Below, one piece after another: positions 8,065-17,900 of a stretch of DNA of 46,937 nt. The translations under genes were made by a program, and so were the position numbers. Origin of the DNA: Trichomonas gallinae (taxonomy: Eukaryota). Below the pieces are notes generated by a model that made no database searches, had not been told where the DNA came from, and worked only from the letters and a program-made list of their open reading frames with translations. Every line of letters starts with the position of its first letter. Within the stretch, counting starts at the first letter, position 1. The stretch lies in assembly GCA_008369845.1 (NCBI GenBank), contig MRSU01010447.1:1-46937 (forward strand), in the 5' to 3' direction.

Positions 8065-10920
8065 TTATTTCATGGAGCTCTTAGAAACAGGCAAGGCGAC
8101 TCCAACCTTCATGTGCTGACCAAACTGTCCGTTATATACCTTCTCTTGGGTCATTGTCAGTTCTCTCGCTTTCTTGAATTCTAGCGCAGCGTTCTTGAGT
8201 CTATATGTTACTAGGGAAAGGTCGTTAGTGAGTTTATCTATCAGAGCTTTATCCTGTGGCCTTGGACTCATTGTCTCCATCTTCCTTCGAGCTGTGTCGA
8301 TTCTTCCTTGCAGGACGTCGATTTTCTCATCATAGAAAATTCTCATTGCGTCCCATTCTTTCAGGATTCCTTTGATTATTTCTTCTTTCTCTTCTATGAA
8401 AACTTTCTCTTCGCTCTTTCTCCTCGCTGAGTTGTTCGATAAAGCTTTCTCTATTCCATCTTCTTGTATAGAAAGAGCTTTCTTCGATTCTTCGATGTCG
8501 TGCAACAACTGGCTTTTTGTTCGCTCGAATTCTCTTTTTTCCGCGAGCTTCATTTTCTCGGCCAAATCCTTCGCGTTTTCGAGTGCTGTGGATTCTCTTG
8601 CAATGGAATCTTTCAGGTCATTCTGGAGATTGAGTTTGTCTTCGTTGTGTTTGTGATATAATTGGCTCATTTCTTCATCTAGTTTTTGCTTGGTTTGCTC
8701 GAATTTTTCTTTTTCGTTTGCGAGCTTCTTTTTATGCTCTTCTGCGCGCATTTCGACAGACAAATTCGCCTCTTGGTTCAATTTTTCTAATTCTTGCTTC
8801 AAAGCAGAAATCTGATTTTCGAGATTTTCAATTTCGGATTTGTCATTGAGCTTTTCTAGTTTTTCGTCAAGTTCTGCGTCTTTTTCCGCGAACTCCTTCT
8901 TCAAATCTGATATTTTCTCGTTCCAGTGTTTGTCGTCGTTTTCTTTCAGATTTTTCTCGTTTTCTATCTGCTTTGCGATCTCTGCGAGCTCGTTTTCATC
9001 TGGTGGAGGAGGGATGCTCTCCATGTGCTTGCTGTGTCTCTCGTTCTCTTCAATCGTTTTCTGTTCAAACTGAGAAATAATTTCTTGTTTTTCAGCTGCG
9101 TCTTTTCTCGCTTGGTCGTCGAGTTTCATCTCGAGCATTTTGATCTCGTTGTCTAGATTGGAGAAGTCCTCTTCTGGTAGTTCTCCCATTCCATTTAATT
9201 TGAGATTTTCTTTATCGAAAATTTCTTTGTATTTTGCAACGAATTCTGGAATTTCTGTTTTACTGAGGCCATTTTCTCTTATGTCATCCATGGTTTTCTG
9301 GTATTCTTCGCTTAATTTCACCAAAATATTTTCTTTTTCGTGATTGTTGTTATTTATCATTTCTACTATTTCCAACTGGTTATTTGTTTTGAGCTCTTCT
9401 ATTTTCTCCTTTTGTTCGTCAGAAAACGCAACAAATTTTTGATCATTTTCTATTGATTGATTTTCACATAAATTTTTCGTTTCTTCTTCATAATCACTGA
9501 TTTCCTTGTCAAACTGCTGCCTTAGAGAGTCTATTTTGCTCAATATTTCATTCAGTTGCCTTGTTTTTTCGCGAGTTTCGTTTTCCATTCCTTGGCTCGA
9601 CGCGTCTTGCTTTGATAGAATTTCCTTCTTCTTATTCTCATAGCGTTCGTTTTCCTTCTTTATATTTTCTTCGTGTTTCGCGTTTTCCTTTGATTTTTTG
9701 TTTTCAAATTCTTGAGATAAAAATTTCAACTCGTTTTCGAGTTTTTGGGTTTCCTGCTGATTTTCCTGTATCATCACTTCGATTTCGTTCGATTTATCTT
9801 TGAGTTTCGCGTTTGATTGAGTAATAAAATTCTCATGTTTTTGTTTTACTTTATTTAACTCTTCCTCATATTTCTTTACTAAGTCTTGGAAGGCAGCATC
9901 CAAATCATCATACTGATTTCTTAGTCTTTGGCTCTCATCGCTAAATTTAATTTTCATTTCGTCAACTTCCTTCTTGGCGTTGTTTCTGGCCTCAGAAATA
10001 GACTCTTTATGCATCTCTTGATTAGATTTGAGTATATTTTGCTGTGTTTCTAGTTTATTTGAGTATTCTTCTTGCAATAATTTGATTTTTTCCTTTTGCA
10101 TGTCAAGTTTTGATCTTTGTTCCTTTTCGTAGTTGCTTAATTCATTGGATTCTGATTTTATGCGCTCTCTGAGCTCTCTTAAGTTCTTCTGATTCTGATT
10201 TTGTAAATCGCCGATATTCTGTCTGTATGATTGCATTGTTTCTTTGAGTGTTTGTGCTTTTTGCTTCAATGCAGTGACTTTTTTGCTGATTGCTGATGAT
10301 TTTTTGTTGTTTGGATCGTTATTATTTTTTAATTCATCCATATCTTTCTTATGCTGTTGTTCTAATTCTTCCAAATTCTTCTTTGTAGTAGCCTTAAGCT
10401 CATCGAGTCGTCTTTTTGATTCTTTGTCGAGTTCATCCATTTCATTTTTGAATTTATCATTTTCTGATTGTAATATTTTTTCTAAATCCTGAGGAAACTG
10501 ATCTGCTTTCTTAGAAAACGCATCTTGTTCCTTAAGAAATTGATTATTTAGCTCTTCAATAGCTTTTATTATATCTTGAGCGTCTGACTCTATTTTCGAC
10601 TCGAATTTACTTAAATTTGACCGACTTGCATCGACATATGCTTTGTGGTCTGACTGTAATGTAAGAATTTTCTCTTTAAATTGTTTTTCTATTTTTTCGT
10701 TTACAACAACAGCTATTTTTTGCACTTCCTCACTTGATTTCGCCGCAAAGCTTCTATATCCGTCGAGAGTTTCGTTTATTAGCGGGTTGAAGTAATTATT
10801 TAAATAATCTTTCTGGTATCTCTGCTCAGAAAGCTGTGACTGGAAGAACTGAATGACTTTCATCAACTGGCTGAGCTTCTTGTTCACATTGAACTTGAGA
10901 GCTGTCGGCCTTTTACTCAT
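8065..10920 (-). CDS. Long coiled-coil protein, FAM184-like (951 aa)
   Basis: N-terminal NKKLSQLMKVIQFF resembles FAM184 MSKKIAQLTKVIY. C-terminal PRPQDKALIDKL...ELTMTQEKVYNGQF...VGV resembles FAM184 SRPEDL.LI..L...ELVNRE.NFNK.F...VGV. E/K-rich heptads lie between. Confidence 0.7.
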   Translation of the reverse strand: MSKRPTALKFNVNKKLSQLMKVIQFFQSQLSEQRYQKDYLNNYFNPLINETLDGYRSFAAKSSEEVQKIAVVVNEKIEKQFKEKILTLQSDHKAYVDASRSNLSKFESKIESDAQDIIKAIEELNNQFLKEQDAFSKKADQFPQDLEKILQSENDKFKNEMDELDKESKRRLDELKATTKKNLEELEQQHKKDMDELKNNNDPNNKKSSAISKKVTALKQKAQTLKETMQSYRQNIGDLQNQNQKNLRELRERIKSESNELSNYEKEQRSKLDMQKEKIKLLQEEYSNKLETQQNILKSNQEMHKESISEARNNAKKEVDEMKIKFSDESQRLRNQYDDLDAAFQDLVKKYEEELNKVKQKHENFITQSNAKLKDKSNEIEVMIQENQQETQKLENELKFLSQEFENKKSKENAKHEENIKKENERYENKKKEILSKQDASSQGMENETREKTRQLNEILSKIDSLRQQFDKEISDYEEETKNLCENQSIENDQKFVAFSDEQKEKIEELKTNNQLEIVEMINNNNHEKENILVKLSEEYQKTMDDIRENGLSKTEIPEFVAKYKEIFDKENLKLNGMGELPEEDFSNLDNEIKMLEMKLDDQARKDAAEKQEIISQFEQKTIEENERHSKHMESIPPPPDENELAEIAKQIENEKNLKENDDKHWNEKISDLKKEFAEKDAELDEKLEKLNDKSEIENLENQISALKQELEKLNQEANLSVEMRAEEHKKKLANEKEKFEQTKQKLDEEMSQLYHKHNEDKLNLQNDLKDSIARESTALENAKDLAEKMKLAEKREFERTKSQLLHDIEESKKALSIQEDGIEKALSNNSARRKSEEKVFIEEKEEIIKGILKEWDAMRIFYDEKIDVLQGRIDTARRKMETMSPRPQDKALIDKLTNDLSLVTYRLKNAALEFKKARELTMTQEKVYNGQFGQHMKVGVALPVSKSSMK

Positions 10921-11461
10921 TCAGTTCTTGTTTTTTATGAAGATTTTATTTTAAAAATCAAAAATCAAAATCTACATCATATACTACACCAAAAAACATT
11001 AAAAAATTGAGGACTTAAAAATACGTTATAAATATAAAGGGGCTTAAAAAATAATGAAGGGTTTGGTTTAATTTCTAAAAACACGAAATCTTGATTTACA
11101 TCATATCTTTTTCTCTGTATTTTTTAGCTTTGTTCTAATCATATATATTAAATTATATGTCGAAACTTAATGAAACAAATCATATTCGATAGATTTGATT
11201 TGAAAATAATGTATTTTCATTAGTAATTCCAAATTAATTCATATAAATAGATTTTAATGAGTCTATCTATCAATAAAATGATAATAAAATAGTTAATTTC
11301 AATTAAAATTTTGAATTATATCAATTATTTGTTGTTTTTTCATTTTAGTATGTTTCTATTGACTAGTCAATAGAATATAAGTTTACGTATACATAACATT
11401 TACAAATACAAAATAATATAAAAACAAGAAATATTATTAAATTGGAAAAACTATATATTTC

Positions 11462-12316
11462 CTATTGTAAAGACCTTGCCCTCTTGAATGGAATCTTTTC
11501 TTCCATTGTTATACGATTTTCATAGTATTCAATAAGAACATCACAATAATATTTCTTCATTGCTTCATTAGGGATTTCTAATATGTTCCCATCATTACTG
11601 CAGACAAAGAATATATTCTTATCTTTTTTGAATGCGCCAAGAATTTTGATATCACCATGAACAACAGCGGAATTCGAATCATTATTCTTCTTAGATTTTT
11701 TGTGTTTCTTATATGTTTTAGGCGATAATTTAACTTTGTTTCCTGAAGTTTCTGTTTCTGTATCCTCTGTTTCTGATTCGTTTAATTGTTTTAGTAAATC
11801 TTTTGTCAAATCGACTGAAGGCTCCTGTTTGTCGCTACGAGGAATTTCAATTGTAGTTCTAGAAAATCTATAATCATCGGTTTTCTTAATTTCTGCAAAT
11901 TGACTTGTTTGATTTGTTTGTTGGGGTGTTGTATTATGGCGAAGCAATCTATTTCGTTTATGTAATCTTTTTTTCGTCTTTCCGAATAAACTATTTCTTA
12001 TATCACTGGGAACGCTTTCCCAATAAGCTGTTACCGCCTCTAGTGAGTTATAAAGCCCGGTCTGTGGCTCCCAAGTATTATATGAATCATCATAATTGCA
12101 CCATTTTACAAGGTAGTAGATTTCACCACCCTGAAGTTCATGGGCAACTATTTTTTCAACTTCATATTCTTCAAAATCATTTTCAATTTCATTTGATTGA
12201 CTAACTTCGTTATCTGCCGTATTTTTATTAGCATTTTCGTTATCTTCATGTTCTTTTGTTTCATCCATTGCTGGATTTTCTATCATATTCGGAGCAGAAT
12301 CTATATTTTCATCCAT
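11462..12316 (-). CDS. HP1-like protein: chromodomain, basic hinge and probable chromoshadow domain (284 aa)
   Basis: Chromodomain YEVEKIVAHELQGGEIYYLVKWCNYDDSYNTWEP with aromatic cage residues Y/W/Y. C-terminal KILGAF...IFFV...IPNEAMKKYYCDVLIEYYENRIT resembles a chromoshadow domain. ATG 12316 is preferred because the ORF-track extension runs through the repeated promoter motif. Confidence 0.8.
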   Translation of the reverse strand: MDENIDSAPNMIENPAMDETKEHEDNENANKNTADNEVSQSNEIENDFEEYEVEKIVAHELQGGEIYYLVKWCNYDDSYNTWEPQTGLYNSLEAVTAYWESVPSDIRNSLFGKTKKRLHKRNRLLRHNTTPQQTNQTSQFAEIKKTDDYRFSRTTIEIPRSDKQEPSVDLTKDLLKQLNESETEDTETETSGNKVKLSPKTYKKHKKSKKNNDSNSAVVHGDIKILGAFKKDKNIFFVCSNDGNILEIPNEAMKKYYCDVLIEYYENRITMEEKIPFKRARSLQ

Positions 12317-12340
12317 GCAAAAATATTGTGTCAAATTTTC

Positions 12341-12422
12341 ATATTTACATGGCAAAAATTAATCATATAGTTTTTTACTTGGCAAATATTTTTATTTGTG
12401 ATATTTACATGACAAAAATTAA
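12341..12422. repeat. Three imperfect 20-bp copies at an exact 30-bp period in a divergent promoter
   Basis: ATATTTACATGGCAAAAATT (12341), TTTTTTACTTGGCAAATATT (12371), ATATTTACATGACAAAAATT (12401). Confidence 0.75.
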
Positions 12423-12447
12423 AATGACGTTTAATTATTTCACAAAC

Positions 12448-13062
12448 ATGGAAAAAGAAGAACAATTTCTTGATCTCATTGCAGAAAACACGCAATTAAA
12501 AGAAGAAATAAAAGCTGTGCAAGAGTATAATAAACTTGTTACATTGCTGGATCAAGCCTTTCTTATTATGTGCCGACAAGAAGCATTGAATGAGACCGTT
12601 GACAGAACTAAACTAGACAAACTCATAACATCCGTTATGTCTGGTCTTAGATCTGTAAATAGCGCCGATTCTTGGAAAGCAAAACTAAAACAAGAAATTT
12701 ACAAAAAATCAAATCAACAGTCAAAGATGAATTATGACAGTTTATTCGAAAAAAGAAACAAACTACAGTCTAAATTAGAAAGTATTCAGAAAGATATCGA
12801 AACTTACAGAGGAAAACTATCTCAAACGAATAAATCGCTAAATTCAGCACAGCAAATGAGAAATAAACTAAAGGAGCAGCTTGATGGATTGAATAAGACA
12901 ATAGAAACATCAAAATTGAGTCTTCAAGATCTCAAAACGCAAGTCGAAAGAGAACAGGCTTCAAACATTCAAATAAAGAAGTCAATGGAAGAAACAAAGC
13001 AAAAACTCATAACTTTCTCCGAATCATTAAGTGAAAATGCATCAGTTCAGTCAAAATCATAA
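12448..13062 (+). CDS. Hypothetical coiled-coil protein (204 aa)
   Basis: ATG 12448 is preceded by Inr-like TTCACA; heptad-rich K/E/Q/L composition. The ORF-track extension to 12256 starts at TTG and overlaps the divergent gene. Confidence 0.65.
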   Translation: MEKEEQFLDLIAENTQLKEEIKAVQEYNKLVTLLDQAFLIMCRQEALNETVDRTKLDKLITSVMSGLRSVNSADSWKAKLKQEIYKKSNQQSKMNYDSLFEKRNKLQSKLESIQKDIETYRGKLSQTNKSLNSAQQMRNKLKEQLDGLNKTIETSKLSLQDLKTQVEREQASNIQIKKSMEETKQKLITFSESLSENASVQSKS

Positions 13063-13366
13063 AATTACCAATCTACTGTCACTAATTCATCGATGTAAGC
13101 AATTATAATCTTCCGAAATCTTACAATCTGCCAAAAAATATTTATAATTTCGATATATCCCAAATTAACAACAACATTCATTTATTAGCTGATATTATGA
13201 GCCAACTGGCCAGTATTTAACGATGTTAGTGTTAATAACTTGAAAAAAACATAGAGATAATTATCAAATTTTGCAATTTAATTTTTTTATCAAATAGAAT
13301 AAAGATTTGTTTGTAATTTGTAGAGATATAACATTTTATAACAAACAAAAAACAATTACACAGTTT

Positions 13367-14473
13367 TCACCATAATTCAATTTCATTATCCGATTTTTCT
13401 TTATCATTTTCATCATCCTGCTCAATTTGCTCTTCACTTTCGTGTTTTTCTTCGTCAATCTTGATTTCATCGGCAGGATCAAGAACTTTCGTTGGATTTT
13501 CTTCGTATTCTGTTTCTTCAGCGTAACCTATATCATCTGGTAGTAGAGTTAAGTTTTCGGAACTTAATGGCATATTTCCTATTGATGTGGGAGGCCAGTT
13601 CTTTTTAGCTGGATCTAATTTATCGATTAATTTCAAAACTGGATCTGGTAGCGATTTCATTAGCAAATTTGGATCTGATAGATTTAAAATCATCCAAATT
13701 GACTTCCGTGGTGCTAAATTTCTGTTTAAAAGATATTCTAGCCAAATTGAAGCTAAACTGTTGCCCAAAGCCATTTCTTCAGCAAGTTTCATGCAAACAG
13801 CAGCTGGGAAGTAGTTTAATATCTTCGACGATTCTTGAATCAAGTCTCCGACGCGTTTTAAGAAATTTGTTTTCAAAGTTCCGCGATTTTGATTTTTATT
13901 GAGCATAATTTCAACTAAAACCTCTATTCCAAACGATCCAATGATGTTTGGTTGGAAAAACTCAAACGCTTCTGCATCTTCTGTTAAATATTCGATGATT
14001 GAAGCGCGTAATTCATTTTTGTACCTAACGACAGTCGACAACTGTGGCATCCAGTAGTTTTCTTCAAGCCATTTCAAAGCCTGTAGAGCAGCCATGCACG
14101 CGAAGTCAAATGAAGGCATTCTCCCATGTGTTGCCGTATGTCTGATAGTAACGATGTAATCAGGAATGCCAAGACTAGATCCAATTGATGAAATTGGGCT
14201 ATTTGGGTCGATATGTTTAAAAGGCTCTACAACTCCGTTAATAAATCGAATAATTGACAACGAAAGTCCAAGAACACTCTGTTCTTCGTACATATTTTTC
14301 TGTAGAGAAGCTGTAACTTCAATAGCCGTTGGAATCTGCATCCTAGCGGACCAAGCAGAGACTTTTGCGACTCCTTGCAATATCGAAGATTTTTCTCCAC
14401 TATACAATAAGTTATAAACGTCTTCCCACTCCTGCCAGTTTCTCCATGCAACTGGTTTTTCGTAGGTAAACAT
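13367..14473 (-). CDS. LAS1: Las1 pre-rRNA ITS2 endoribonuclease (HEPN family), 368 aa
   Basis: VAWRNWQEWEDVY, W.AR..IP.AIE.TA.L, IIRFINGV and LGIPDYIVTIRHTATHGRMPS, with an intact RxxxxH HEPN motif (14126-14143). Confidence 0.92.
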   Translation of the reverse strand: MFTYEKPVAWRNWQEWEDVYNLLYSGEKSSILQGVAKVSAWSARMQIPTAIEVTASLQKNMYEEQSVLGLSLSIIRFINGVVEPFKHIDPNSPISSIGSSLGIPDYIVTIRHTATHGRMPSFDFACMAALQALKWLEENYWMPQLSTVVRYKNELRASIIEYLTEDAEAFEFFQPNIIGSFGIEVLVEIMLNKNQNRGTLKTNFLKRVGDLIQESSKILNYFPAAVCMKLAEEMALGNSLASIWLEYLLNRNLAPRKSIWMILNLSDPNLLMKSLPDPVLKLIDKLDPAKKNWPPTSIGNMPLSSENLTLLPDDIGYAEETEYEENPTKVLDPADEIKIDEEKHESEEQIEQDDENDKEKSDNEIELW

Positions 14474-14883
14474 TTATGACACCTAAAATTTTTTTGTGCC
14501 CCCTAAATTTTGAAAATCAGGTAAATGACTCTATATCCAATAATATCTCTAATTAACCAGCAAATCTCAAAATTTAATTCTTCAAAAATCCTTTTTTTAT
14601 TACGAAATTTGTACATTTTTAATAAAAAAATAAAACAATTTGAAAAATCTCAACAAAAATTTTTAATTAAATTACGCAAATCTCAACGAGAAACATTCAT
14701 AAAATCGCTTATTAAATCTAATTATAACAAAATATGAAACATTTTAAAATATTATTTTACATGCCAAAAATATTATTTACGTGTCAATAATTTGGTAAAT
14801 TTTGCTTGACTTTGTTTTATTTGGAAGTTCGGATCATTTTAGTCAACTGAATCCAAATAAACAAGAAAAAAACACTTCTTAGA

Positions 14884-14927
14884 TTTTGCGCCAAAAATTT
14901 TTTGCTTTCAAAAAAATCCCGCCAAAA
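14884..14927. promoter_or_regulatory. E2F/CDE-like sites upstream of Pds5
   Basis: TTTTGCGCCAAAA at 14884-14896 and AAATCCCGCCAAAA at 14914-14927. The minus strand reads GGCGGG-ATTTT-TTTGAA, a CDE/CHR-like pair. Confidence 0.5.
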
Positions 14928-14938
14928 ATTTCAGATAG

Positions 14939-17900
14939 ATGAAAGCGAAGGAATTTCTTGCTTTAGAACTCTTCGACCCGGAGCTGGACAGCTCGAAACT
15001 AACAGAGAACATCGCGAACTTGGCAAAATTCCTGTCTGAGCAACAGGCGCCGTTTTCTTTGGAGACATTAAGGCCAACAATGTCATTTTTGCTCGAAACT
15101 GAAGATTTGATGGCCACTCACAAAGTAGAACAGCAAATAGATCTTACACGCGCATTTATTTACGCTTTTAGCTTAACCGCCCCGAATTTTCCATTTGATG
15201 ACGATTTAACCAATATTTTACCGCGCTTATATCATTTAATTGCTCAGGGGTTGCCAGCTCTCGAAGAAAAAGATGAAAAAGAGCTCACAAACATATTAAA
15301 TAATGCTAATGAAATCAATTTCTTCGTTTTGCCAAAAGAATCCACATCTGTCACAGAAATCTTCGACGCTTTGTCAGAACTCGACGCAAAGGCGTCATTG
15401 GTGTCTATTAAACACCTCATAAACGCGACAGATAGAATTCCAATGCAAATTATTCAAGAAATAATCGAACATTTGTCTAACGACAAGGCAAAAGACATCA
15501 TCAAATCAATATCGACGCAGAAACAGAACGAATTACTCACAGGTATTCGCTCGATTTTCCAAGGTGCAGAAGCAATCGACGCAACAGCGAAAGTTTCTGA
15601 GATTTTGGAAGTCGCACCAGAAGAGTTATACGGATCATTACGTGGTGAAGTAATTTCTGAAGAAAAATCTACGAGAGAAGCCGCAATTAGATTATTCACA
15701 AAGACACTAGCGCATCAAAAGATCACGAAAGATACAGCAGACTACTTCTTTTCAATCGTTGGACGTCATCGCGATGAGTCAGATGAGATTCGTAAAATGG
15801 TTATCCAATTCTGTTTTACAATCTTGCATAACTTGAAAGATTTTAAAGTTCCAGGCTACAAACCAAACTCTCTCATAGAAACCATCTGGAATGCCATACA
15901 AATGGCGCTCACAGATCCTTCATCAAACGTCAGACTCGCAGTTGTAAAAGGAATTTCGAAAATGAAGTTAAATGAGATTAAAATAGATATCCAAGAATTC
16001 GCCAAGCGCATACAAGATAAAGACTCACGCGTCAATACGAAAGCACTTGATATTTTGCTTGAATTTTATGCAAAAGATCCAGAAGGCTTCAAATGGCTCG
16101 AAGAACCAGCAATCAGACTCTATCCGACATTCAAGACAATCCCACTTACAGCCTTCTCAACATTTATCGCCCACAGACCGCTTTTGGATATTATGGACGG
16201 TTTGGAGGACAGGAGGAATCTTTTGAGGATTCTCAATGACACGAACATCTTTAGGGGCTTGGCGCCACGCTACAAAGAGGCAGAAGTCAAGGAACAAATA
16301 GAGGCTTTTGTTCCGCTGAAGGTTCTCAAGACTGCAGTGAAACACAGCCCGAAGTTCTTCGAGAATGCATTAGATCAAAAACAGCGCTCGAGATTGCGCA
16401 AGCATCTCAAGAAATCTTTGGAAACAGAGCAGGTTTATAACCTGTTGGGCTACTACCAACCGATTCCTGCTCTTCCATCTGACGTTTTGGAGTGGGACAA
16501 CACTACATATGCCAAGGAGTACGCAGAAGTATTCTATTCAGATTTCGAAGAATACATACCTGAGATGACGAAGAGGATGTCGTCGACTGATATTGCGGTG
16601 TTCACGAAGATGGAGAAGGCTGAAATAAAGGACCTACCTGAAGTCCTCAAGGCGTTAGTTAAAGCAACAACAACAGGAGACAGACTCGAAGCAATTGAAG
16701 CGATTTCAGTTCTCTTCAAGCCAGGAAACGAGAAGATCTTGAAGAGAATCAAGTTCGCAAAAGACGAGAAAGTCGAGAAAATCAAATTTTTCGCTAGAAT
16801 CGGCGTCGCAAGTCTCGTTCCTGATGATATATTGAGCGAGATAGAAGATGAGTACGAAGAGTTCGACCAGGAACAAGCAATCTGGGCACTGAAGTTGATG
16901 ACGACACAAGATCCAACGCGATGCATTAATTTCCATGTCAAAGTGGTTGAAAAATTCCCGTGCGAGACTTTCGACTCATATCTGAAGTGCGCGAGCCTCG
17001 AGAACACAGAGTTATACTACGCAGCAACAGAGCCAGAGATATTCAGGAAGTTCGCTTCCATTGTCCAGGCAATTGATCCAGATGTTAGGCAGCATTGCAT
17101 CGAGCAGCTCAACATTGCTTTGACAAATCCACAGACACCAATTCAGTTCTTGTGCTTATTGGCGTTATCAGCAACAGACCCCGTCAAGAAGCACGTCAAG
17201 CTTGCTGAGGAGTACTTGAAGAAGCAGATACAGTTCAGAAGAGACATTCTCAAGAAGATAAAGAAGTCGTCGAGCCAAGTTACTCCTGTCACAGCCCTTC
17301 CTTATTTGATACACGTTCTCGCCCACCACAGCGATTTCGAGAAGGACGCTCCTAAGTTCCAGTCATTCGCCTTGTACATAAGGGCCTTCATGAAACCGCT
17401 GACTGAAGGAACGAACAACTACGAAGCGATCATGGAAGTCTTGAGGCACATGAAGTACGCAGAAGACATTGATGAAGATTATACAGAAAACATGTGCAAA
17501 CTCGTTGACGTCAGCCTTTCCGTTATCATGGACATTGTCGGCAACAAGATATGGGATCAGCCGTCTCAGTCCAACGATGTCATGCTATCGCAGAGGTACT
17601 TCAAGCCTTGCGAGGACATCGACAGAATCAAGGTCGACCTCTTGAAGATGAAGTTCGACATCATCAAGTCCCCGGCCAAACCAAAGACAATCCTCAACGC
17701 AGGAATGAGCCCAGTCAAGCCAACGAAATACAAGAGAAGAGGAAGAGCTGTCAAAGATAAAGATAAAGAAAAAACAAAAACTACAGATAAAAAGAAGAAG
17801 AAGAAACAAGAAAGTTCATCTTCATCATCTTCCTCTGATAGCTCTTCATCATCTTCTTCAAGCAGCAAGAGTTCTAGTAGTTCTAGCAGCAGCTCAACTA

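Noticed and set aside
8065..10920. Viral A-type inclusion, myosin or SMC identity
   Set aside because: Only generic coiled-coil similarity. There is no motor or ATPase head, and the termini fit FAM184 better.
12256..12355. Apparent head-to-head overlap of the two ORF-track genes
   Set aside because: Artefact of upstream start choices. The likely ATGs are 12316 (-) and 12448 (+), leaving a 131-bp spacer.
12341..12422. CRISPR-like repeat-spacer pattern
   Set aside because: Only three imperfect 20-bp units with 10-bp spacers, no cas genes, and eukaryotic context.
13367..14473. HEPN RxxxxH motif as a toxin or defence nuclease
   Set aside because: Flanking motifs identify the housekeeping rRNA-processing enzyme Las1.
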